This document shows, piece by piece, positions 1 to 8,433 of a stretch of DNA of 54,524 nucleotides. The notes beneath the pieces were generated by a model. It saw only the letters and a list, made by a program, of their open reading frames with translations. It had not been told where the DNA came from and ran no database searches. Numbering within the stretch: the first letter of the stretch is position 1; every line of letters begins with the position of its first letter. The translations under genes and the position numbers were made by a program. Location of the stretch: assembly GCA_046590585.1 (NCBI GenBank), contig JBKJVD010000177.1, positions 1 to 54,524 of the forward strand, written 5' to 3'. The stretch comes from Thermoanaerobaculia bacterium (GTDB taxonomy: Bacteria > Acidobacteriota > Thermoanaerobaculia > Gp7-AA8).

Positions 1-639
1 GTCATGGGCGACCGGATCGGCTACTTTGCGGCCGATTTCAACGCGCCCGCGTTTCCCCGGCGGCGTTACGACATCGTCTTCTTTCATCAGTCCGCGCATC
101 ACGTCGCGCGACTCGAGCCGCTCTACTCCTCGATTCTGCGCACGCTGGAGCCAGACGGGCTGCTCTACCTCGACGAGTTCGTCGGCCCGTCGCGCGATTC
201 CTGGGACGACGCTCTGCTCGAACGGCAGCGGGAAATCTACCGGAGCATTCCGCGGGAGCTGCGACTGTACGACGATCTGCCCTTTCCGGTTCAGATGGAT
301 GACCCGTCCGAAGCGGTACGCTCGGGGGAGATCGAAGAACAATTGCAGATCGGGTTCGACATCCTGCTGCGGCGCGACTATGGCGGAACGCTGCTCGCGG
401 TGGTGATGCCCGCACTCCTGCCTGAAGCGATCGACGACGCGATGGTTCAGCGGCTCATCCAGCAGGAGCGGGACCTGCTGCGGGACGGATTGAAGTCGTA
501 TTACACGATCCTCGTGGCCCGGCCTAAACCGTGGCCGGTGCGATCGCTGGCGCGAGCGCGTTACTTCGCCGAGCCGCGGATCAAGCGCTTCGTATCGAGG
601 GTCCGGAACAGGCTGTCGCGGTTATCGCTGGAAGCCTGA
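1..639 (+). CDS. Class I SAM-dependent methyltransferase, C-terminal part (5' end outside window)
   Basis: The ORF is in frame from the window edge. The translation (IVFFHQSAHHV..LEPDGLLYLDEFVGP) looks like the post-motif-II half of class I methyltransferases. No convincing start codon lies inside the window. Confidence 0.55.
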   Translation, partial: VMGDRIGYFAADFNAPAFPRRRYDIVFFHQSAHHVARLEPLYSSILRTLEPDGLLYLDEFVGPSRDSWDDALLERQREIYRSIPRELRLYDDLPFPVQMDDPSEAVRSGEIEEQLQIGFDILLRRDYGGTLLAVVMPALLPEAIDDAMVQRLIQQERDLLRDGLKSYYTILVARPKPWPVRSLARARYFAEPRIKRFVSRVRNRLSRLSLEA

Positions 640-667
640 TCTTTCGCCGCCCGCTGTCAGGCTGGCG

Positions 668-2173
668 TCACTCTTCGATTTCAACGCGAGCCAGAGGTTC
701 TATGGCCGGCCCATTGAGGACCTTTCCCTCGACATCGAACCTCGAGCCATGGCATGGGCAGTCCCACGACGCCTCGGCTGTGTTCCAGGCGACGTCGCAC
801 TTCATGTGGGTGCAGATCGGGGAGAGCGCGCAGAGCGATCCCGACTGGTCCCGATAGACGGCCAACTTCTTCCCGCCGACCTCCACGATCTTTCCCTGGC
901 CCGTCTTCACGTCATTGGTATCGGTCGTCTCGACATCGCGCCGCGTCAGGCGATCGCTGATCCACTGAACCGGGAACCCTTTGTTTTCGGCAATGAGGTC
1001 CTTCATCGCGCCGCGCAGGTGCACGCGCGTCGGATCGAACAGCGACGCCCAGCGATTCTCACGTCCCGTGATGAGATCCGCGACGATCATTCCCCCGAGC
1101 GTCCCGAACGTCATTCCCTGACCCGAGTAGCCGGTCGAAACGTAGACCGGACCGCCGCCGATGAACGGCAGGCCGTCGGCCGGCTCGATGATCTGTCCCG
1201 ACCAGCGGAAACGTTCCGTAAGAGTGCCGAACTTCTCCGTCACGTATTGAATGAGCGACTCGAAGGAACGCTCCGTGTCACTTTCCTGTCCTACCCGGTG
1301 GTCTTCCCCGCCAACGATCATGACGTGACCGGTCGCAGTCTTGTGGAAGCGAATGTAGTGATACGGATCCGCCGTATCCCAGAACAGCCCCTCGGCAAGC
1401 GGCTTCTCGACCTCGAATGCCGCGGCGTACGTTCTGTATGAGGCCGCCTTGATGTTGAGGGTGTTGAAGCCTTCGATCGGAACATTCGTCGCCATGAACA
1501 CTGCGGGCGCGCGCACGCGACCGTTCGCAGTCTGAACGACGCACGGCTCGCCAGCCTCGATTCCCGTGACCGGAGTGTCTTCGAACAGGCGCACACCCGC
1601 AGCGTTGAGGTGCCGGGCCAGGCCGGCCAGGTAGAGACCGGGATGAAACTGCGCCTGGTTTTCGTACAGGACGGCGCCGCGAGTGTCGAACGGCAGCGGA
1701 ACCGTCTCTACCCATCGAGCGCTGACTCCCGCCTTCTCGGCGCTCACAGCCTCGTTCTTCAACTCCGCAACACGATTTCGTTTCTCCGTGTAGAGATACC
1801 CCGGCAAACGCTCGAAGTTGCATTCGATCTCGAGTGATTTTACCAGGCTGGCGATCTGCTCGATGGCCGTGCGGCCCGCTTCGGCGACGAGTCGCGCAAC
1901 GCTCGCGTCGAACGTGCGGGTGAGTTCGTGATAGCGGGCGTCGATCGCTTCGGTGAGATGGGCGGTGGTGTGGCCGCTCTCGCCATGGCCGATGCGCGCA
2001 CCCTCCAGCACGACGACGCTCCTGCCTCGCTCTGCAAGGAGGACGGCGGCGGTCAGCCCGGTGATTCCCCCGCCAATGACCACGACATCGGCATCGATTT
2101 CGCCCTCGAGAGGGTCGTATCGAGGAGCGGATGCAGTGGAGAGCCAGAGCGATTCGGTGCCGGAACTGATCAC
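668..2173 (-). CDS. FAD-dependent oxidoreductase fused to a C-terminal Rieske [2Fe-2S] domain
   Basis: N-terminal dinucleotide-binding motif VVVIGGGITGLTAAVLLAERG. C-terminal Rieske motifs CTHMKC and CPCHGSRF. The track ORF runs to 2512, but that extension overlaps the divergent KGG gene start. I place the start at the GTG at 2173, just before the GxGxxG motif; this start is uncertain. Confidence 0.8.
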   Translation of the reverse strand: MISSGTESLWLSTASAPRYDPLEGEIDADVVVIGGGITGLTAAVLLAERGRSVVVLEGARIGHGESGHTTAHLTEAIDARYHELTRTFDASVARLVAEAGRTAIEQIASLVKSLEIECNFERLPGYLYTEKRNRVAELKNEAVSAEKAGVSARWVETVPLPFDTRGAVLYENQAQFHPGLYLAGLARHLNAAGVRLFEDTPVTGIEAGEPCVVQTANGRVRAPAVFMATNVPIEGFNTLNIKAASYRTYAAAFEVEKPLAEGLFWDTADPYHYIRFHKTATGHVMIVGGEDHRVGQESDTERSFESLIQYVTEKFGTLTERFRWSGQIIEPADGLPFIGGGPVYVSTGYSGQGMTFGTLGGMIVADLITGRENRWASLFDPTRVHLRGAMKDLIAENKGFPVQWISDRLTRRDVETTDTNDVKTGQGKIVEVGGKKLAVYRDQSGSLCALSPICTHMKCDVAWNTAEASWDCPCHGSRFDVEGKVLNGPAIEPLARVEIEE

Positions 2174-2244
2174 GTTTGCAGCAGAGAGCAAGAAGCGTGC
2201 GCCCTCCGTGGGGGACACTAAAAGCCTGAGTTTTAGCGGTCTAC

Positions 2245-2260
2245 TGGCACAGTTAGTGCT
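2245..2260 (+). promoter_or_regulatory. Candidate sigma-54 (-24/-12) promoter upstream of the KGG stress gene
   Basis: TGGCAC-AGTTA-GTGCT compared with the consensus TGGCAC-N5-TTGCW. The GG/GC spacing is correct and there is one mismatch in the -12 box. It lies about 80 nt upstream of the ATG at 2340. Confidence 0.35.
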
Positions 2261-2339
2261 CTTTCGAACACTGCAACAATCTCGGTCGGAAATGTAGTTA
2301 TTGCAATTGACGCATCTAACCCCAAAGGAGACCTGACCC

Positions 2340-2780
2340 ATGGCAAGCAAACGCGGTTTTGCATCGATGGACGCTGCTAAACAGCGTGAGATTGCGAGTA
2401 AAGGTGGCAGGGCGGCCCACGCGAAAGGCACCGCGCACGAGTTCACTGCGGACGAGGCGCGCGTTGCTGGTCGCAAGGGCGGCGAAGCTGTCAGCCGTGA
2501 CCGTGCACACATGTCCGCGATTGGCCGCGAAGGTGGCCACAGCCGCGGAGCACGTGCGCGTGCCGCAGCAACATCAACCAGCCCGGCACCTCTACCGACG
2601 ACTCAGGAACAGCCGTCATCGCCCCGCACCAGCACCAGCGATCGCTCTTTCACATCCCGGCCTTCGGAATCCGAGAGCCGTCCGGCGTATCACGCCGAGA
2701 GTCGTGAGCGTGGCACCAACGAACAGCGCGGAGACCGTCCGTCCGGAAACGGCTCGTTCTCCGATCGCAACGAGAACTGA
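2340..2780 (+). CDS. KGG-repeat general stress protein (YciG-like) with a low-complexity S/T/P/R-rich tail
   Basis: AAAGGAGA RBS 6 nt upstream of the ATG. Repeated motifs: GFASMD..QREIASKGGRAAH and ARVAGRKGGEA, plus a third, looser copy, IGREGGHSRG. Confidence 0.8.
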   Translation: MASKRGFASMDAAKQREIASKGGRAAHAKGTAHEFTADEARVAGRKGGEAVSRDRAHMSAIGREGGHSRGARARAAATSTSPAPLPTTQEQPSSPRTSTSDRSFTSRPSESESRPAYHAESRERGTNEQRGDRPSGNGSFSDRNEN

Positions 2781-2790
2781 TGTTTCAGCT

Positions 2791-2815
2791 GGAGCGGGCG
2801 CCTCGCGCCCGCTCC
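2791..2815. terminator. GC-rich hairpin between convergent genes (possible bidirectional terminator)
   Basis: GGAGCGGGCGC-CTC-GCGCCCGCTCC, an 11-bp perfect stem with a 3-nt loop. No clear U-tract follows on either side. Confidence 0.45.
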
Positions 2816-2825
2816 GTCCGCGGGC

Positions 2826-5771
2826 TTACTGCGGCGGCTCCATTCCCAGCCTGATCACCTCGGCCAGGTGAAGTGTGCGTCGTCCCGTGCTCTGTTCGAT
2901 CTGCTCGCGGCAACTGAAACCATTCGCGATGATGAGAGTCTCTTCATCCGCGCTGCGAACCATCGGAAGAAGGACACGCTCTCCGATCTTCATCGAAATC
3001 TCGTAGTTCTTCGCTTCGAAGCCGAACGCCCCGGCCATTCCGCAGCAGCCTGAATCGGGGTACTCCAGGTCGAGCCCAAGCTTCCGCAGCAGCGCTTCCT
3101 CGGCATCAAACTTCATCACCGCCTTGTGATGGCAGTGCGCCTGGACGAGAGCTTTACGGCCTATGCGCGGCAACTCGAACGCCGCTCCCTCACGCAGGAT
3201 GAATTCGCTGAGGGTCATCGTCGCCGCCGCCAGCTTGATCGCGCGCGGATCGGTGGGAAAAAGATTGAGCAGTTCGTCGCGGAACACCGCCACGCAGCTC
3301 GGTTCCAGGCCGATGACCGGCAGCCCTTCATCGAGCAATGGCGACATCACCTCCATGGTGTCGAGCAGCCGCGCCTTCGCCATGTCGAGAAAACCCCAGT
3401 CGTACAGCGGACGTCCGCAGCAGATTCGCTTCTTCGGGATCACCACTTCGTAGCCAGCGTGCTGCAGGACCTCTGCAGCCGCCATCGCGGTCTCCGGACG
3501 CAGATGGTTGTTGAACGTATCGGCCCACAGCACCACCCGTTTTCCTCCCGCCCTCGGCTTGAACTGCTGACGGAAGGTCTTCCGCGCGAAACGGGGCATC
3601 TGACGCTCCGGCGCGATGTGTGCGAGCTTCTTCGTGAGTGGAAGTCCCATGAAGAAGTTCGCGACGCCCGGCATGTAGCGGGCGAACCCGGCCCACCAGT
3701 AGATCCAGCCCATTGCGTATGCAGCCAGCGGGCGAAGGGCGCCCTCGTAATAGTGCGAGAGAAACTCCGCCTTGTAAGTAGCCATGTCTACAGAGGTCGG
3801 ACAGTCCCCTTTGCAACCCTTGCAGGCGAGGCAGAGATCGAGAGACTGCTTGACCGCCTCGTTCTCCCACGTCGAAGGAATCACTCCGCCGTTGAACATC
3901 TCATGGAGCAGGCGCGCACGGCCGCGCGTGGAATGTTCCTCTTCCTGCGTGACCTGAAAACTCGGGCACATCGTGCCGCCATCGAGTCGCCTGCAGCGAC
4001 CCACGCCCACACAGCGCTGCATGGCCCGGCTGATCTCGCCGTGATCCTCGAGAAACTTGAAGTGTGTCCGCGGACTCCACGGTTCGTAGTGCGCGCCGAG
4101 GCGGAGGTTTTCGTCGATCCGGTAGGGAGTCACGACCTTGCCGGGATTCATCTTCCAGTCTGGATCCCAGAGCGACTTGAAGTCCCTGAAGGCCTGCATC
4201 AGCTCAGGACCGTACATCTTGTCGAGCAGTTCGGCGCGAGCCTGGCCGTCTCCATGCTCGCCCGAGAACGAGCCGCCGTAAGACGACACCAGATCCGCTG
4301 CGGCGAAGATGAAGGAACGGAACTTCGCGATGCCTGCAGGAGTCTCCAGGTCGAAGTCCGTGCGGGTGTGCACGCAGCCCTGCCCGAAGTGCCCGTAGAA
4401 GTCGCCGCTGTAACCGTAAGAATCGAGCAGCGCCCGAAGATCGCGCAGGTAGCCGCCTAACTTTTCAGGCGCAACGGCCGCGTCCTCCCACCCTTCCCAC
4501 ATGTGCGGACGACCGGGGACGTGCGCAGTCGCGCCGAGGCCGGATTCGCGCACGGCCCAGACCATACGGGCCTCACGGGCGTTGTCGATCAGTTTCGGAG
4601 TGCAGGGACGTGTCGAGACGGTGATCGCGGCAATCATCGAGTTCGCGATCGCGTCGGCCTCCTGCTGCGTCCCGGCTCCAAACTCCACGAGAAGCCAGCC
4701 ACCTCCCGGAGGAAGGAGCGCCACACCAGCCGGATGCATCTTCTTCGCGTTCATGTCGCGAACGAGCCGGTCGTCGAACCCTTCCAGGCCGATCGGACCG
4801 AACGCCATGACTTCCGGGACCGCGTCGGCCGCATCGAAGACCGTGTCGTAGCCGATCACGACGAGCGACCGGGCCGGAGGGCTGTGAACCAGCCTCGTCT
4901 TCGCCTCCAGTATCATGACGCACGTCCCCTCGGTTCCGACCAGGGCGCGCGCGACATTGAATCCGTTCTCAGGCAGAAGTTCGTTGAGGTTGTAGCCCGA
5001 CACGCGGCGCGGGATGTTCGGAAACTCCCGGCGGATCAGGTCTGCAAACTGGTCGCGGATTCTCTTGAGCCCCGCATAGATCTCGCCGCGCCGCCCACCT
5101 CCCGCAATGATCTCTTCCAGTTCCACTTCGCTCGTCGCGCCCACCCGCATCCGGATGCCGTCGTAGGTGAGGATCTCCAGTTCCTCGATGTTGTCGACGG
5201 TCTTTCCCGCCATCACGGCGTGCACGCCGCATGAGTTGTTGCCGATCATTCCTCCGAGCGTGCACTGCGCATGCGTGGCAGGATCGGGGCCGAACGTCAG
5301 CGTGTGCCTTTCCGCTTCACGCCGCAGGTCGTCGAGCACGATCCCTGGCTCCACACGCGCGAATTCCGCCGCCGGGTTCATTTCCGTGATGTGGTTCAGG
5401 TACTTCGAACAGTCGATCACGACGGCGACGTTGCAGCACTGCCCGGCCAGGCTCGTTCCCGCTCCCCGGCCAAGGATCGGAGCGCCGTACTGACGCGCGA
5501 GCGCGACGGCTTTCACGACATCGTCGACGTTCCTGGGGATCACCACGCCGATCGGCACCTGCCGGTAGTTCGAAGCGTCCGTAGCGTAGAGGGCGCGCGA
5601 CCCATCGTCGAACCGCACCTCCCCGGAGATTTCGCGTCGCAGCGCCGCGGTGAGAGCCGCAACATCGACATTCAGCGACTGCACGCGATCGTGATGCTCC
5701 AGGTGCGGCTGCACCGGGCGGTCGTGATGCTCGAATGCAACCGGTTCGAAGCGGCGGATCTCCTGACTCAT
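2826..5771 (-). CDS. FAD-binding and (Fe-S)-binding oxidoreductase, YdiJ-like (GlcD-type FAD domain + 4Fe-4S + CCG cysteine-rich domains)
   Basis: 981-aa ORF. N-terminal PCMH-type FAD-binding region (GRGAGTSLAGQ). A central ferredoxin-like CLACKGCKGDCP motif. C-terminal CCG-type motifs (CCGRPLYD, CCGMAGAFG). Confidence 0.85.
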   Translation of the reverse strand: MSQEIRRFEPVAFEHHDRPVQPHLEHHDRVQSLNVDVAALTAALRREISGEVRFDDGSRALYATDASNYRQVPIGVVIPRNVDDVVKAVALARQYGAPILGRGAGTSLAGQCCNVAVVIDCSKYLNHITEMNPAAEFARVEPGIVLDDLRREAERHTLTFGPDPATHAQCTLGGMIGNNSCGVHAVMAGKTVDNIEELEILTYDGIRMRVGATSEVELEEIIAGGGRRGEIYAGLKRIRDQFADLIRREFPNIPRRVSGYNLNELLPENGFNVARALVGTEGTCVMILEAKTRLVHSPPARSLVVIGYDTVFDAADAVPEVMAFGPIGLEGFDDRLVRDMNAKKMHPAGVALLPPGGGWLLVEFGAGTQQEADAIANSMIAAITVSTRPCTPKLIDNAREARMVWAVRESGLGATAHVPGRPHMWEGWEDAAVAPEKLGGYLRDLRALLDSYGYSGDFYGHFGQGCVHTRTDFDLETPAGIAKFRSFIFAAADLVSSYGGSFSGEHGDGQARAELLDKMYGPELMQAFRDFKSLWDPDWKMNPGKVVTPYRIDENLRLGAHYEPWSPRTHFKFLEDHGEISRAMQRCVGVGRCRRLDGGTMCPSFQVTQEEEHSTRGRARLLHEMFNGGVIPSTWENEAVKQSLDLCLACKGCKGDCPTSVDMATYKAEFLSHYYEGALRPLAAYAMGWIYWWAGFARYMPGVANFFMGLPLTKKLAHIAPERQMPRFARKTFRQQFKPRAGGKRVVLWADTFNNHLRPETAMAAAEVLQHAGYEVVIPKKRICCGRPLYDWGFLDMAKARLLDTMEVMSPLLDEGLPVIGLEPSCVAVFRDELLNLFPTDPRAIKLAAATMTLSEFILREGAAFELPRIGRKALVQAHCHHKAVMKFDAEEALLRKLGLDLEYPDSGCCGMAGAFGFEAKNYEISMKIGERVLLPMVRSADEETLIIANGFSCREQIEQSTGRRTLHLAEVIRLGMEPPQ

Positions 5772-5789
5772 GCGGAGAGTTTACCCGTC

Positions 5790-5920
5790 GAGTGCTCGTC
5801 CCGAGTGCTGAGTGCTGAGTCCGTTCCGAGTAGTACCTCCTCCTGCGGTTCCTCGGTTCCTCGGGTTCCTCGGCGGTTCGATCATTCCTCCGCACTGCAG
5901 CACTCAGCTCAGCGCTCAGC
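5790..5920. repeat. Composite intergenic repeat: GAGTGCTGAG-type inverted arms flanking three tandem GGTTCCTCG units
   Basis: GAGTGCTGAGTGCTGAGT at 5803-5820 faces an imperfect inverted partner, CACTCAGCTCAGCGCTCAGC, at about 5901-5920. GGTTCCTCGGTTCCTCGGGTTCCTCGG lies at 5847-5873. The same unit recurs at 50041-50145 and 54360-54499. Confidence 0.7.
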
Positions 5921-6025
5921 CGAATGAGTGATACCGTTCTCCCCTCGGCAGACTGTGATGACGGGCGTTGCATCGAAGCAACTTCTCCGTCGCCCGTTCG
6001 TAACAGTCATATAGCCGGAGGTGCC

Positions 6026-6817
6026 ATGAAGCCCGGGTTCGCAATCGCTGTCGCGACCACGCTGCTGTTTGCTGCCCTCCCCGCGTCGGCGGCGCGGTCG
6101 GTGATCGTCACCTCTCAGGATCACTCCCTCCAGAGTGTGGATGACTGTTCGAGCTTTCATACCCAGAACACCACTTCGTTTGCTTCGAATGTCACGGCAC
6201 AGGAGCAGCGCGACTTCGCGGTCGTGCCCGGGAAGCCGATTCGAGTGCAGGCCACTCACGAAGGGGGCGTTTCGGTTCGTGGCTGGGATCGAAGCGACGC
6301 CCGCCTCCTCATCTGCAAGTGCGCTGCGGCCGACACTCCGCAGAAAGCCCGGCACATTCTCGATGCCGTCACGGTCGTCGTAAAGGACGGCGAGATCAGC
6401 GCCACCGGCCCTGAGATCAATGAGTCGCAGATCTGGTGGGCGCATCTCATCCTGCAGCTACCGAAGGCGGCAAAGGTCGCCATCGCCTCGAGCAACGGCG
6501 GCATCGCCGTGCGGAATGTTCACGGCGGGATCGTCGCGCGGACGACGAACGGCGGAATCTCGCTCGATCGAGTCACGGGCGCGGTCGAGGCCACGACCGA
6601 GAACGGACCGATCTCGCTCAAACTCCGGCAGAAAATCGTGCCATCCATCGTGGCCAGTACAGTCGATTCGGGAACGATCCTCTGCAGCCTGCGTCAGTGC
6701 GCGAACGGCAGCGGAGCCTGGACCGCCGACCGGAAACAACTCCACCTCGCGGGCGCCGGCGTGCCCATCCGCCTCTCCACGACCACCGCGCCAATCATCA
6801 TCGAACAGGTTCGGTGA
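6026..6817 (+). CDS. Secreted DUF4097-like beta-strand repeat protein
   Basis: GGAG RBS followed by the ATG at 6026. Signal peptide MKPGFAIAVATTLLFAALPASA. Repeated N-G-G/P-I-S/A-hydrophobic units (SSNGGIAVRNV, TTNGGISLDRV, TENGPISLKL) typical of DUF4097. Confidence 0.7.
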   Translation: MKPGFAIAVATTLLFAALPASAARSVIVTSQDHSLQSVDDCSSFHTQNTTSFASNVTAQEQRDFAVVPGKPIRVQATHEGGVSVRGWDRSDARLLICKCAAADTPQKARHILDAVTVVVKDGEISATGPEINESQIWWAHLILQLPKAAKVAIASSNGGIAVRNVHGGIVARTTNGGISLDRVTGAVEATTENGPISLKLRQKIVPSIVASTVDSGTILCSLRQCANGSGAWTADRKQLHLAGAGVPIRLSTTTAPIIIEQVR

Positions 6818-6863
6818 TTCGTGCACTCCCCTGAGGGGCACAGAAGGTGCAGCTTTTGAGCGC

Positions 6864-7670
6864 GTGAACGCAGCTGCCCTCATCGACCCTGCAGCGAAAG
6901 CTTTTTATCAGCGGGCCATGACCGGGCTCGATGCTGCGGGAGTCGAGTATCTGGTCGGCGGCGCCTACGCATTTGCGCGGTACACCGGCATCGAACGTCA
7001 CACCAAAGACTTCGACATCTTCCTCCGGCGCGGTGATGTCGCTCGCGCGCTGGGCGCGCTCCGGGAACTCGGTTACAAGACCGAAATCACCTTCGAGCAC
7101 TGGCTGGGCAAGGCGTACGGTGGCGATGACTTCATCGATCTGATCTATAGCGCCGGCAACGGACTGGCGCAGGTCGATGACCTCTGGTTCGACTACGCGG
7201 TGCCGGAGACCGTGCTCGATCTCCCGACGCGATTGATTCCCGCCGAGGAGATGATCTGGTCGAAAGGCCCGATCATGGAGCGGGAGCGCTTCGACGGCGC
7301 TGACGTTGCCCACGTCATTCGTGCCGTCGGCGAAAAGCTCGATTGGCGACGACTCATCGATCGCTTCGGACTTCATTCCCGCGTCCTCTACGCGCACCTC
7401 GTGCTGTTCGGATACATCTATCCAGCCGATCGCGCGAAGGTTCCGGCGTGGGTGATGCATGAACTCGCTGCGCTGGTGGAGCTTGAATCGGCAGCGGGCA
7501 ATGCGGACGACAGGACCTGCTATGGCACGATGCTCTCGCGCCAGCAGTACCTGAAAGACATCGACGAATTGGGCTACCGGGACGCGCGACTGAGGCCGGC
7601 GGGAATGATGTCTCCGGATCAGATCGCGGCGTGGACCGCAGGAATCGAAAAGGACGGCAGCAAAAGATGA
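6864..7670 (+). CDS. Nucleotidyltransferase-family protein (uncharacterised subfamily)
   Basis: The translation GVEYLVGGAYAFARYTGIERHTKDFDIFL has the G-x-like, D-x-D pattern of polbeta-type nucleotidyltransferases. The 5' 150 codons of the track ORF are Arg/Ser-rich junk. The start is either the GTG at 6864 or the ATG at 6918. Confidence 0.55.
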   Translation: MNAAALIDPAAKAFYQRAMTGLDAAGVEYLVGGAYAFARYTGIERHTKDFDIFLRRGDVARALGALRELGYKTEITFEHWLGKAYGGDDFIDLIYSAGNGLAQVDDLWFDYAVPETVLDLPTRLIPAEEMIWSKGPIMERERFDGADVAHVIRAVGEKLDWRRLIDRFGLHSRVLYAHLVLFGYIYPADRAKVPAWVMHELAALVELESAAGNADDRTCYGTMLSRQQYLKDIDELGYRDARLRPAGMMSPDQIAAWTAGIEKDGSKR

Positions 7671-8419
7671 AAAAACTGGTCAGAATCGCCGCAGTCGCCG
7701 ACCTCCATGTGAAGAAGACCTCGCAGGGAACGCTGCAACCCCTCTTCACCCACGCGAATGAGAATGCCGACATCCTGGTGCTGGCCGGTGATCTGACCGA
7801 CTACGGCACAGCTGAAGAGGCGCACATCCTGGCGGCCGAGCTGAAGGTAGTGAGAATTCCTGTGATCGCCGTCCTCGGCAATCACGAATTCGAATCAGGA
7901 ACGGAGGCAGATGTCACATCGATTCTCACGGATGCCGGCATCACGATTCTCGACGGAGACTCCACCGAGGTGCACGGAATTGGATTCGCGGGCGCAAAGG
8001 GCTTCGGGGGCGGCTTCGGCCGGCGGCAGCTTGGGGCGTGGGGCGAGAAGATCATCAAAGGCTTCGTTCACGAGGCGATCGAAGAAGCGTTGAAACTGGA
8101 GTCAGGGCTGGCCCGGCTTCGGACTCCGCAGAAGATCGCAATCGTCCACTACTCGCCCATCCAGGCCACGGTCGAGCCGGAACCGCCGGAGATCTTTCCC
8201 TTCCTTGGGTCGAGCCGCCTCGAAGAACCGATCGATCGGTATCGGGTCGGTATCGTTTTCCACGGTCACGCCCATCGTGGCAGCCTCGAAGGAAGGACAA
8301 AAGGGGGAGCCGTCGTCTACAACGTCGCCATGCCTCTCCTCATCGCAAGCTTCCCGGACCTTCCTCCGCTGCGCATTCTGGAAGTGCCCGTCACCATGGA
8401 AGTCCCTGCCACTCCCTGA
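7667..8419 (+). CDS. Metallophosphoesterase (calcineurin-like)
   Basis: Motifs AAVADLH, LAGDLTDYG, GNHE and GHAHRG. The ATG overlaps the upstream stop (ATGA). Confidence 0.85.
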   Translation: MKKLVRIAAVADLHVKKTSQGTLQPLFTHANENADILVLAGDLTDYGTAEEAHILAAELKVVRIPVIAVLGNHEFESGTEADVTSILTDAGITILDGDSTEVHGIGFAGAKGFGGGFGRRQLGAWGEKIIKGFVHEAIEEALKLESGLARLRTPQKIAIVHYSPIQATVEPEPPEIFPFLGSSRLEEPIDRYRVGIVFHGHAHRGSLEGRTKGGAVVYNVAMPLLIASFPDLPPLRILEVPVTMEVPATP

Positions 8420-8433
8420 TCGGGTCTGGCAGA

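Noticed and set aside
668-2512. Full 614-aa extent of the oxidoreductase ORF
   Set aside because: The first ~113 codons precede the FAD-binding GxGxxG motif, are low-complexity, and overlap the RBS and start of the divergent KGG gene. I trimmed the start to about 2173.
3126-4460. 444-aa plus-strand ORF inside the YdiJ-like gene
   Set aside because: It is an antisense shadow ORF in high-GC DNA. It is Arg-rich with no recognisable motifs, whereas the opposite strand carries clear FAD and Fe-S motifs.
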